A stretch of DNA of 64,000 nt from Candidatus Dojkabacteria bacterium. GTDB lineage: Bacteria; Patescibacteriota; Dojkabacteria; SC72. Location of the stretch: assembly GCA_034002865.1 (NCBI GenBank), contig JAVEZR010000001.1, positions 53,247 to 117,246 of the forward strand, in the 5' to 3' direction. The translations under genes and the position numbers were made by a program. Positions 46,077-55,022 of this stretch are shown in pieces (position 1 is the stretch's first letter; the number at the start of each line of letters is the position of its first letter). Under the pieces are notes generated by a model that saw nothing but the letters and a program-made list of their open reading frames with translations, made no database searches and was not told the origin of the DNA.

Positions 46077-48182
46077 ATGCTTTTTAATCATAAAATATAC
46101 GAATTTGAAATAGATGGTAGGAAGTGTTCCTTTGAAACAGGAAAGCTTGCCTTGCGATCTGAATCTGCAATTATTGCCAGAATGGGCGATACTGTTGTAG
46201 AAGTTAATGTGAACAGTGCTCCAGCAAAAGGAGATCTCGACTATTTCCCTCTCTCTGTAGAGTACATAGAAAGATTCTATGCATCTGGAAAGATAAATGG
46301 GTCTAGATTTGTAAAGATAGAGAGATATCCTAGTGATGATGCTGTTCTTAAGGCAAGGATGATAGATAGGGCACTACGTCCTAGATTCCCCAGTGATTAC
46401 AGAAATGAGGTAAGTCTAATTGTAACTGTAATGTCATATGATGAAGAGAATGACCCTGTCCTCTTAGCAATTAATGCAGCTTCAGTTGCTTTACTTAATT
46501 CTAAGGCACCATTCAATGGACCTGTATCAGGTGTAAGAATGGGGATTGTAGATGGGAAGATAAAGCCAATATATAAGAGTATGGAGGATGTAGATGAGAA
46601 GAATCAAATGAACTATGTAGTAGGTGGAGATGGAGAGCAGTTCTCAATGATTGATGCAGGCTGTTATGAAGTACCAGAGGATCAAGTAATAGATGCAATG
46701 GAGAGTAGTCTTGTAGAAATGAAAGTATGGGTAGAGGAACAGAACAAATTTGTAGATATGTTAGAGAAGAAAGATAAAGCATATGTACCATTTGTAATAG
46801 AAGAAGATATGCTAAATGCTATTTCAGAATTTCTAGGAGATAGGGTATTAGAGAATCTCTTAGCTGCTGATAGACAGAAGCATGAGGAAACCAAAGAGGA
46901 GATGTTTAAGCAGTTTGAGGGTAAATATACAAAATCAAATATGACAGAAGCATATGATAAGCTTCAGAAGAAAGCATTACGTAAGTATGTAAAAGAAACC
47001 AAAAAGAGAGTTGATGGAAGAGAGTTAAATGAGATTAGGGAAATGGCTGCAGAGGTAGATTTACTACCTAGAGTCCATGGATCTGCCCTCTTTACAAGAG
47101 GAGTAACCCAAGTTCTCTCTATAGCTACATTAGGTAGTCTTAAGGATGCAAAGTTAGTGGACGATATGTTAGGTGAGAAAGAGAAAAGATATATGCACTT
47201 CTATAATGATTTACCATTCGCATACGGTGTCGCAGACAGAGTTAGGTTAAATCCAAGTAGGAGAGCTGTAGGTCATGGAATGTTAGCAGAGAAAGCCCTT
47301 ATTCCTGTAATACCATCAGAGTCAGATTTCCCATATACAATCCTAGTTATGTCTGAGATACAGGGAGAGAATGGATCTAGCTCAATGGCTTCAGCATGTG
47401 GTTCCTCTTTAGCACTAATGGCAGCAGGTGTCCCTATACGAAAGATAGTGGGTGGTATTGCTTGTGGTCTTGTTGCAGATGAAAACGGAGAGTTTCATAT
47501 CTTAACTGATATGCAAGGTGTAGAAGATTTCTATGGAGACATGGATTTCAAAGTAACAGGTACAAAGGATGGAATAACTGCAGTACAAATGGATACTAAG
47601 ATGGCAGGATTGAGTATGGATATTGTTAAGGCAACATTTGAAGTATCTAAAGAGGCAAGAGTAAAAGTAATTGAAGTAATTGAAGGCTCTCTTTCTGAGT
47701 CTAGAGGAGAAATCTCTAAGTTTGCACCAAAGGTAGCTAGAGAGAAAATACCCGTAGACAAGATTGGAGAGTTAATTGGCCCTGGAGGTAAAAATATTAG
47801 AGAATTAACTGAACAGACTGGAGCAGAGATAGCTGTAGAGGAAGATGGTACTGTAAATATATACTCTTCAAGTCAAGAGTCTATAGATATGGCACTGAAA
47901 TATGTTAAAGGTCTTAGCTTTGTACCAGTAGTAGGAGAGATATATGACGGTAAGGTAGCCTCTATCATGGAGTACGGAGCCTTCGTAGATATTGCTCCAG
48001 GAGTATCTGGCTTAGTACATGTATCTGAGATTACAGATGAATTTGTAAAAGATGTACATAAATTCCTTAATGAGGGAGACAGTGTAAAGATAAAGATATT
48101 GGAGAAAGATAAGCTTGGGAGATTAAAATTCAGTATCAAACAGGCAACAGAAGGAAATAAGAGAGAAGAAGTTCAGGAGTAA
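46077..48182 (+). CDS. pnp: Polyribonucleotide nucleotidyltransferase
   Basis: FETGKLA, DRALRP, RVDGR, HGSALFTRG, NGSSSMAS, DMDFKVTG, KH and S1 domains. Confidence 0.98.
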   Translation: MLFNHKIYEFEIDGRKCSFETGKLALRSESAIIARMGDTVVEVNVNSAPAKGDLDYFPLSVEYIERFYASGKINGSRFVKIERYPSDDAVLKARMIDRALRPRFPSDYRNEVSLIVTVMSYDEENDPVLLAINAASVALLNSKAPFNGPVSGVRMGIVDGKIKPIYKSMEDVDEKNQMNYVVGGDGEQFSMIDAGCYEVPEDQVIDAMESSLVEMKVWVEEQNKFVDMLEKKDKAYVPFVIEEDMLNAISEFLGDRVLENLLAADRQKHEETKEEMFKQFEGKYTKSNMTEAYDKLQKKALRKYVKETKKRVDGRELNEIREMAAEVDLLPRVHGSALFTRGVTQVLSIATLGSLKDAKLVDDMLGEKEKRYMHFYNDLPFAYGVADRVRLNPSRRAVGHGMLAEKALIPVIPSESDFPYTILVMSEIQGENGSSSMASACGSSLALMAAGVPIRKIVGGIACGLVADENGEFHILTDMQGVEDFYGDMDFKVTGTKDGITAVQMDTKMAGLSMDIVKATFEVSKEARVKVIEVIEGSLSESRGEISKFAPKVAREKIPVDKIGELIGPGGKNIRELTEQTGAEIAVEEDGTVNIYSSSQESIDMALKYVKGLSFVPVVGEIYDGKVASIMEYGAFVDIAPGVSGLVHVSEITDEFVKDVHKFLNEGDSVKIKILEKDKLGRLKFSIKQATEGNKREEVQE

Positions 48183-48200
48183 TCTCTAAATTGGTATTGC

Positions 48201-48232
48201 AAGAGGGGAGGCTTAGCTTCCCCTTTCTCTTT
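48201..48232. terminator. Intrinsic terminator between the convergent pnp and methyltransferase genes
   Basis: AGGGGAGGC-tta-GCTTCCCCT followed by ttctcttt. Confidence 0.8.
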
Positions 48233-48240
48233 CTAATACC

Positions 48241-49299
48241 CTATGCTTTAACTATCTTAGCAATATAGAACCCCATCATTTCAGGAGAGGGTAAAATTCT
48301 AATACTCTTTTTAACTGAAGGATCATATGTATTACCACTCCAATGAGTTATACCAGGAGATGTAAACTGCTTAAAAGCTTTAAATTTGTCAGAGCTAATT
48401 AAATCTATATCTACTACCTTTGCATTCCTATGCTTATCTAATAGGTATGTAACAATCGCTTCATTCTCTTCTGGTTCTAATGTACATGTAGAGTAAACAA
48501 GTGTACCACCACTTTTTAATGTTCTAAATGCAGACTCTATTAACTCCTTTTGTAGAGTAGAGGAACCTTTTACTTTCTTAATACTCCAAAATCTTAGAGG
48601 TTTAGGACCCTTTAGATATATCATTCCCTCACCACTACATGGAGCATCTAGAAGAACTTTATCAAAATAGTCTGGGTACTTTCTACCAAACTCTCTTGCA
48701 TCACTAAGAGTAATCTTTACACTTGTAGCACCAAACTGTTCTACAACATTCCTAAGTGAATTTGTACGACTAACTTCTATTTCATTTGCAAGAATGGTTG
48801 CCTTATTATTTGTTAACTGTGCAATATGGGTAGTCTTACTACCAGGTGCGGAGCATAGATCAACGATAGTCTCCCTTGGCTTAGGATCTAATACCAATGT
48901 ACCTAATATGCTAGAGAGATTTTGTATATAGAAATCTCCATGCCTATACTCCTCTGTTTGTGACACCTCATCCTTATCCCTGTTATTAACAAAGTAGGTA
49001 TCAGGAGCCCACGGTATCTCCTCTAAGACATAACCCCTAAGCTTTAAACTTTTAAATGTATCCTGTGGTCTAGCTTTAAGAGAGTTTAATCTAATAGTAG
49101 TTCTTGCTCTTTGGCTAAATATTGGTACTATCTGAGCCTTAGATACTCTTAATATACTTGCCATTCTTGAGATAAAGATATCCTCTTTCGTGTAATATCT
49201 TTCCTCTTTAGAGCTATCATAGAAAGGAACTGCTCTTTTCCTCTTAAAATTTGTTCTTAGCTTCCTCTTAAATTCTCTTCCCTTTTTTCTATCTTTCAT
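48241..49299 (-). CDS. RsmB/RsmF (NOL1/NOP2/Sun) RNA m5C methyltransferase
   Basis: DLCSAPGSKT, DKVLLDAPCSGEG, LVYSTCTL…ENE. Confidence 0.93.
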   Translation of the reverse strand: MKDRKKGREFKRKLRTNFKRKRAVPFYDSSKEERYYTKEDIFISRMASILRVSKAQIVPIFSQRARTTIRLNSLKARPQDTFKSLKLRGYVLEEIPWAPDTYFVNNRDKDEVSQTEEYRHGDFYIQNLSSILGTLVLDPKPRETIVDLCSAPGSKTTHIAQLTNNKATILANEIEVSRTNSLRNVVEQFGATSVKITLSDAREFGRKYPDYFDKVLLDAPCSGEGMIYLKGPKPLRFWSIKKVKGSSTLQKELIESAFRTLKSGGTLVYSTCTLEPEENEAIVTYLLDKHRNAKVVDIDLISSDKFKAFKQFTSPGITHWSGNTYDPSVKKSIRILPSPEMMGFYIAKIVKA

Positions 49300-50027
49300 T
49301 ATATATCTCCCTTTAGATATTTTAATATACTACCAATTACTAACCCTGCTGTTTCTGTTCTTAGCATATTACCCTCTAGTTTAATAAAGCTAAATCCTAA
49401 ATCTTTGAATATCTCTATATCACTCTCACCCCATCCCTTCTCAGGACCTATTGCAATCACAAATGGCTTCTTTATATTAACACCCTTTACATACTGACTT
49501 AGAGAGGATGTTTGTACATTCTCTGTAGCTAGACATATCTTATTACTACCTTCATCTACAGAGAGCTCTGTAATTTTAATAGGTTTCTCTATTATCGTAC
49601 TCTTTAAAGTTCTAGATTGTTCTACAGCATCTTTAATAATCTTTCTCCAAAGACCGTAATCTTTAATAGCCTTGTTTTTACTTCTAAGAGAATATTTAGA
49701 CTCTATTGGAACAATTCTATCTATACCAATCTCTACAGATTTTTCTATAAAGAAGTTAAACTTACTATCATTACTTAATGATTGAATAATTGTAAAATCT
49801 ATTCCATCTAAAACATCCTTCTCTTCAATCATCTCTCTGATCTCTACCTCCACAGAGCTCTTCTCTATATCTGTTACTATTGCTAAAAAGATAGATTGAT
49901 AGTTCTCTATTTCAATAACATCTTCAATATTGAGCTTCAGTGTATTAATAGCAAAGCTACTATCTTTGTCTGATAGGTGAGTAATATCTCCCTCTTCTAA
50001 TTTATGACTAATAAAGAATCTTTTCAT
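49299..50027 (-). CDS. rsmE: 16S rRNA m3U1498 methyltransferase
   Basis: EKSVEIG, AVEQS, IGPEKG, LRTETA. Confidence 0.92.
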   Translation of the reverse strand: MKRFFISHKLEEGDITHLSDKDSSFAINTLKLNIEDVIEIENYQSIFLAIVTDIEKSSVEVEIREMIEEKDVLDGIDFTIIQSLSNDSKFNFFIEKSVEIGIDRIVPIESKYSLRSKNKAIKDYGLWRKIIKDAVEQSRTLKSTIIEKPIKITELSVDEGSNKICLATENVQTSSLSQYVKGVNIKKPFVIAIGPEKGWGESDIEIFKDLGFSFIKLEGNMLRTETAGLVIGSILKYLKGDI

Positions 50028-50044
50028 ATGTGCTCATTATACCA
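50028..50044 (-). promoter_or_regulatory. Extended -10 near-leaderless promoter of rsmE
   Basis: Minus strand TGgTATAAT-gagcacat-ATG. Confidence 0.65.
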
Positions 50045-50142
50045 CCTAGGAGCTTAAAACGTTGTTTTTTAGTATAAAACTTGACATGTTAAGCAAAAAA
50101 TAATTAGATGTATTAATAACTAAAGTTTAAATATTTGAAAAT

Positions 50143-50463
50143 ATGGAAACAATCCCCCCTTTATATTGGATGATAATTATTGCAATAGGAGTAGGCTTTA
50201 TCTGCTTCGTCCTATATGAATTTGCAATGCTAATTAAAGAGTCTAAGAATGCTGTAGCTGATTCAAGGAAGATTATTCAAGAAGCTGAGAAAACAGTGGA
50301 TATGGCTAATAAAATTGTAACAGAGGCAACAGAGATTGTAGGAGTTGTAAAAGGTACAGTCTATGAATTAAATAGTGCAATAATAAGGCCAGTGAGAAAG
50401 ATTTCATCATTGGTATCTGTAGCATCCGCATTTACTGAGGGTTTAACCTCTAAAAGAAAGTAG
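50143..50463 (+). CDS. Small membrane-anchored coiled-coil protein (DUF948/YoxC-like)
   Basis: N-terminal TM followed by a long amphipathic helix. Confidence 0.6.
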   Translation: METIPPLYWMIIIAIGVGFICFVLYEFAMLIKESKNAVADSRKIIQEAEKTVDMANKIVTEATEIVGVVKGTVYELNSAIIRPVRKISSLVSVASAFTEGLTSKRK

Positions 50464-50469
50464 AAATCG

Positions 50470-50504
50470 TTGCTATTGCGTTTCTCTCTTTGTATGATGA
50501 ATAG
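50470..50504 (+). promoter_or_regulatory. Leaderless sigma70 promoter
   Basis: TTGCTA-N17-TATGAT then 6 nt then ATG (50505). Confidence 0.65.
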
Positions 50505-52127
50505 ATGCATTTAACACCTTACCAAAAAAGACAGCTGAAGATTGTTGTTGCTTTAGTTATAGGCATACCATTAACAATATTTGCCGTATATCAAGGTATT
50601 CAGTATCTCTCCAAAGCAAGTGCAGATGTAACTCCTCAAGATGTTGTAATTACTAACCTAACAACTAACTCTCTTACAGTAACATGGTTTACGCAGAGTT
50701 CTGCAGATGGATATGTTGTTCCACTATTAAATGGAGTAGAGCAAAGTCCTGTTAGAGACAAAAGGGGGAGTGGCAAGAGAACATCCCACTATGTTGAATT
50801 AAGAAGTCTAGAGCCTAGTACTAAATATAGCTTTACGATAGTGTCAGGAGGTAGTAAGTATACGAATAGTAGTGGTATAAACTATGAGTTTACAACTGCA
50901 CCTGTTGGTACTGATACTCCAATTCCAAACCCTATACATGGTACTGTAACAGGGATTTCTAATGATGATGTTGTTGTGTATGTATTCCCTAAAAACAAAA
51001 GTACATATCCAGTATCTACAACAATCCCAAGCGGTGGTAACTGGATAGTAGATCTTTCTTCTTTGAGAAAGATATCTGACAAGAGTATGGTAAAGATTAC
51101 TGATGATACTGAGTTAGTATTAATGGCTAAAAATACTGCAAATAAAGGAGCAGTACTAGAGGGGTCATACTCATCTCTTTTTGATAGTAATGGGAAATTA
51201 AATAGAACACTCTCCTTAGCTATAGGAGAGCTTGGAGATCTCATTACACACTTTCCTGACGATTCGAAGTTAGGAACGAAAGCTGTAGTTACTACCAAAC
51301 CTACTCCAACTCCTACGCCGAAGCCTCCTACAACTCCTACTAAAGATCCTGATGAAGAAGATACCGATACAGTTGTAGATCGAGATTATCAAATAGTGCA
51401 TGATTTAAGATGGGTAGATATGGTTACTGGGCAGGCTACTAGTAACTTACAAAGTGGAGAGGGTACAGTACTGATTACAAACTTAACAGATGTAGGCTTT
51501 ACTGTTGTATGGAGATCTCCTCAGAAAGTAGATGGATATATAAAGTATGGAACAAGTAAGACATCTCTTACAGAAGAGGTTTGGGATGTTAGAGATGGTT
51601 TGTCCAATAGAGGTACATACTATGCTCACTCAGTAGAGAGTAAAAGGGTAGATCCCGATACTACATACTACTTTACAATATACTCTGGAGAGGATATCTA
51701 TAACAACTCGGGAAGTATGTACTCTGTTACAACTCTTCCTACTTTAAGTTCTCCTCCTCCCTTTGAAACTAGATCTGGTTCTCTTGGAGAAGTGTCTACT
51801 CCTGGTGATTGGATAGTAGTTGCTAAAATTGTAGATGACGATGAAGCAGGTACATTGGGTAGCTCTAAGTTAATGTCTACAATCCCAGATGATAATGGGT
51901 ATTGGATATTAACAGTAGGAGATACTAGAAGTGAGGATGGTAGTACATACTTCTCATTCTCTAATACAGATATACTTAATATATACTTCTTAGGAGCAAA
52001 GGAGAAGCTATTTGAATTCCCTATGTCTATCTCTGAGATTAGCTTAGATACCTCTTCTGTAGGTAGTGCTGTAGTAGAAAGTAGTGTTAAATTGCTTTCT
52101 GATTATGGAATAGTTAATATAAAGTGA
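50505..52127 (+). CDS. Membrane-anchored protein with a duplicated Fn3 plus beta-sandwich module and a PT-rich linker
   Basis: Two 'ITNLT…VxW…H.V…L.P.T.Y.F.I.SG' Fn3 units, each followed by a 'G.WI' domain; PTPTPTPKPP linker. Confidence 0.8.
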   Translation: MHLTPYQKRQLKIVVALVIGIPLTIFAVYQGIQYLSKASADVTPQDVVITNLTTNSLTVTWFTQSSADGYVVPLLNGVEQSPVRDKRGSGKRTSHYVELRSLEPSTKYSFTIVSGGSKYTNSSGINYEFTTAPVGTDTPIPNPIHGTVTGISNDDVVVYVFPKNKSTYPVSTTIPSGGNWIVDLSSLRKISDKSMVKITDDTELVLMAKNTANKGAVLEGSYSSLFDSNGKLNRTLSLAIGELGDLITHFPDDSKLGTKAVVTTKPTPTPTPKPPTTPTKDPDEEDTDTVVDRDYQIVHDLRWVDMVTGQATSNLQSGEGTVLITNLTDVGFTVVWRSPQKVDGYIKYGTSKTSLTEEVWDVRDGLSNRGTYYAHSVESKRVDPDTTYYFTIYSGEDIYNNSGSMYSVTTLPTLSSPPPFETRSGSLGEVSTPGDWIVVAKIVDDDEAGTLGSSKLMSTIPDDNGYWILTVGDTRSEDGSTYFSFSNTDILNIYFLGAKEKLFEFPMSISEISLDTSSVGSAVVESSVKLLSDYGIVNIK

Positions 52128-52169
52128 GGTTTGTTAATTGTTTATAAATGCATTAGAATCATTTGCTTA

Positions 52170-53504
52170 ATGGATATTAAAAGTACACTCTTAAAATTTA
52201 AACCCATATTCTTCTTACTACTAATGTCTTTTGTGACCTTTACTCTTGTATGGACAGTTAATCAGTTTAAAGATAGCTCTGAGTTTGTATCTGCCAAAGA
52301 GAACACTAAGGAGTTAAATTCTGTAGAAATAGTATCTCCTGTTTTAAATGAAAGTGATAGTGCAGTACCTGAGAAAGTGCAGGAGGATAACAAACCAATA
52401 GTGTTAAGTACAATAGCTTCTAGTGAATGCTCTGCATCGGTCATTAAGATAGACTCATACTCGGTTTGTACTAGAGGTGGCAGTGCAGAAATAGACTATA
52501 AAGATGGGTACAGATCGGGTACCTCTGTAAGTAAGAACTCAACCGTTGAACTAGTAGAGGTTAATATCCCTCTAGAGCTATTCTCAGGTTCTGGTGTAAA
52601 AGATTCGAATAGGAAAATTACAACAAAAACACCGATATATAAACCTGCAGGAGAACAGCTCGATCCTAAGGTCGCAAATGTAAAGCTACCTCCCGGTACT
52701 AATATAGTTGAGTATAAAAGCCCAGTAAAAGATAGACCTTTCTCTACACCATACACTACATCGATGGCAGATCAGGTATCAGAAGATGGTGAGGTGATTG
52801 TTGATAAGAAGATAATAAATAATTGTGAAGAGTGTAATAACCCTTCTAATGTGAATCCAGATAACTCAAATAAAAGCTCTGAATTTGTATATGAATCTCT
52901 GTATAAAGCACCCGGAGAAAAAGCTACCGCTAACACATCTAAAGCTATTGAGTCTTGTACTGAGGATGATCAATTTGTAGATTGGCCATCTCCAGCATCT
53001 AATAGAAAAGCATGTGCTACATCTCCTATAGCTGTTGCAGTAAAGCTTATACAGACATTCTCTGAAGCGATATGGAGCGAGTGTAATGGGATTTTGAAAT
53101 ACGATGCTAATGGTAATCCTATTCCTCCTAGCGATAATTGTATTCGTCCTGAAGATATTGTAATAAAGATGACATCGGCTTTTGGTTCGGACAGAGAGTG
53201 TCTTGATGGTGTGTGTACGAATGCATATATGAATACAAGAAATAAAGTAGCATTGATGCCTTCAGAGTCAGAGAAGTATTCAGATAAGGTATATTACACT
53301 ACAGATTGTAAGGTAATTATCGAAGGTAAGAGATATACTGTAAAGTGTGCATGGGATATGTCTCATCTATTTAAAGAAAGGAAGTTCTCGGAGTATGATG
53401 ATTTACCAGATATTGAGAAAACTCCTCCCAAAGAGGTTTATAAAGATTTTTTAACCAATGAAGCTACTAAGAGACAGTATGAGCCAGTAGTAAAAATATA
53501 TTAG
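52170..53504 (+). CDS. Cys-rich secreted or membrane-anchored hypothetical protein
   Basis: Signal/TM after the ATG at 52170; about 12 Cys; no recognisable catalytic motif. Confidence 0.6.
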   Translation: MDIKSTLLKFKPIFFLLLMSFVTFTLVWTVNQFKDSSEFVSAKENTKELNSVEIVSPVLNESDSAVPEKVQEDNKPIVLSTIASSECSASVIKIDSYSVCTRGGSAEIDYKDGYRSGTSVSKNSTVELVEVNIPLELFSGSGVKDSNRKITTKTPIYKPAGEQLDPKVANVKLPPGTNIVEYKSPVKDRPFSTPYTTSMADQVSEDGEVIVDKKIINNCEECNNPSNVNPDNSNKSSEFVYESLYKAPGEKATANTSKAIESCTEDDQFVDWPSPASNRKACATSPIAVAVKLIQTFSEAIWSECNGILKYDANGNPIPPSDNCIRPEDIVIKMTSAFGSDRECLDGVCTNAYMNTRNKVALMPSESEKYSDKVYYTTDCKVIIEGKRYTVKCAWDMSHLFKERKFSEYDDLPDIEKTPPKEVYKDFLTNEATKRQYEPVVKIY

Positions 53505-53526
53505 ATTAATTTATTAACAAACAACA

Positions 53527-55011
53527 ATGAGTATATCTCTTAAAGTATATGGTAGCGGTCTTAGGATAAAAAGATTCCTAGGCACTAAAACATTCCAGAG
53601 CTCTCTTATTGCTTTCTTGTCGGTATTGATGTTCTTTGGGACATTTAATATATATGCTCAAGAAGGTATTTCGCCTGAGTGGGAAGGTACAAAGAGGTTT
53701 CACAATATTATAAGTGGAACTGACGGAGAGGAAGATAATATGAACAGTATGCAAGGATTGGAAATTCTAAATTCCGGTTGGGCAATTTTCTCTATTATGG
53801 TACCAGAGGCTACTCAGAATGCAGATAAAGTACTGTCGGATTCAAAAATCCCTAATGACTTAAAAAGGGGAGTCCTTGGAATGGCTGAAGATGCTAGCTA
53901 TGCTGCGTATGCATCATACCCTTCAGTAGATGTGGGAAAACATTTAGCTCAACAGTGGGTACCTGGCTATCAAGAGAGCGTTACAAGCTTGTATGCACAG
54001 AGCTCTTCTGCAGGACATGAATCGGGATACTCTGAATTAATGGGAAGTGGAATAGTGAAGCTATGGAATAGGGTGTTAAATATTGCATATGTAGCATTTG
54101 TTGTAGTAATGATAGCTGCAGGCTTTATGATTATGTTTAGACATAAGCTTGGTGGTCAGACTATGGTAACCATAGGGAATGTATTACCAGGAGTTATTAC
54201 AGCCCTTATTATTGCTACATTCAGTTTCGCTATAGCAGGATTAATAATAGATTTCGGTGGGGTATTAACCTCTATTGTAGTGTTTATTCTAAAAGGGAGT
54301 TCGGATTTGAATATTCATAGTACATCTAACATATATACACTGATGATAGGGGCCTTTGGTAATGTACTCAATGATCTCGGGAAGCTGTCTCCTGTACATA
54401 CGGGAGTTGGAGTAATAGACAAAGTATTAGATCTCTCAGCTATAGTAATAGGTATAGTTGGAACCGTTGCAACAGTCGGTATTCCACTGTTAATTTTAGG
54501 ATTAATTACAGCCGGTGTTGTTTTTGTTGGGGCTGTGAAAGTTTTAATTGTCCTGTTCAAGGCATACTTTAATATCCTCCTAAATACAATTATTGGTCCT
54601 GTTCAGATTGCATTAAGTGCTTTGCCTGGAAATGGACACATGCTTCAAAATTGGTTTACAAGTATACTCAGAAATGTCTTAGTCTTTCCTTTGGTATTAG
54701 CAATAATAAATATACCAAATGCTATTGTTGCTGCTACGGATGGAGATTTTGATTTAAAACTCCCTGAGAAGCTAACATATGATCAGAATCAAGGTATTTT
54801 TGAAACTTTAGTTCCAAATCTTGGACTGAATATAGGAGGAGGTTTTGTAATGGTTCTCTTTAGAATCTTTATCCTTTATTTCGCAGCTCAAGCACCTAAA
54901 TTCCTTGAAGCGTGGTTACCACCTAATACTCCAAAGCCAGTTGGAGAGGCTATGGTGTCGGCGAAAGGTAGTCTATCTAAAGTTCCTTTGATTGGAACAC
55001 TATTTAAGTAG
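53527..55011 (+). CDS. VirB6/TrbL-like polytopic membrane protein
   Basis: LW..V.NIAY…MIAAGFMIMFR…ATFSFAIAGLIID; 'AY..I…IIGP…..ALPG…WF' core. Confidence 0.7.
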   Translation: MSISLKVYGSGLRIKRFLGTKTFQSSLIAFLSVLMFFGTFNIYAQEGISPEWEGTKRFHNIISGTDGEEDNMNSMQGLEILNSGWAIFSIMVPEATQNADKVLSDSKIPNDLKRGVLGMAEDASYAAYASYPSVDVGKHLAQQWVPGYQESVTSLYAQSSSAGHESGYSELMGSGIVKLWNRVLNIAYVAFVVVMIAAGFMIMFRHKLGGQTMVTIGNVLPGVITALIIATFSFAIAGLIIDFGGVLTSIVVFILKGSSDLNIHSTSNIYTLMIGAFGNVLNDLGKLSPVHTGVGVIDKVLDLSAIVIGIVGTVATVGIPLLILGLITAGVVFVGAVKVLIVLFKAYFNILLNTIIGPVQIALSALPGNGHMLQNWFTSILRNVLVFPLVLAIINIPNAIVAATDGDFDLKLPEKLTYDQNQGIFETLVPNLGLNIGGGFVMVLFRIFILYFAAQAPKFLEAWLPPNTPKPVGEAMVSAKGSLSKVPLIGTLFK

Positions 55012-55022
55012 TCCAATTCTTT

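Noticed and set aside
51290-51345. Tandem-repeat-like CCx ACx sequence
   Set aside because: It encodes a Pro/Thr linker with varied codons and is not a DNA repeat or CRISPR array
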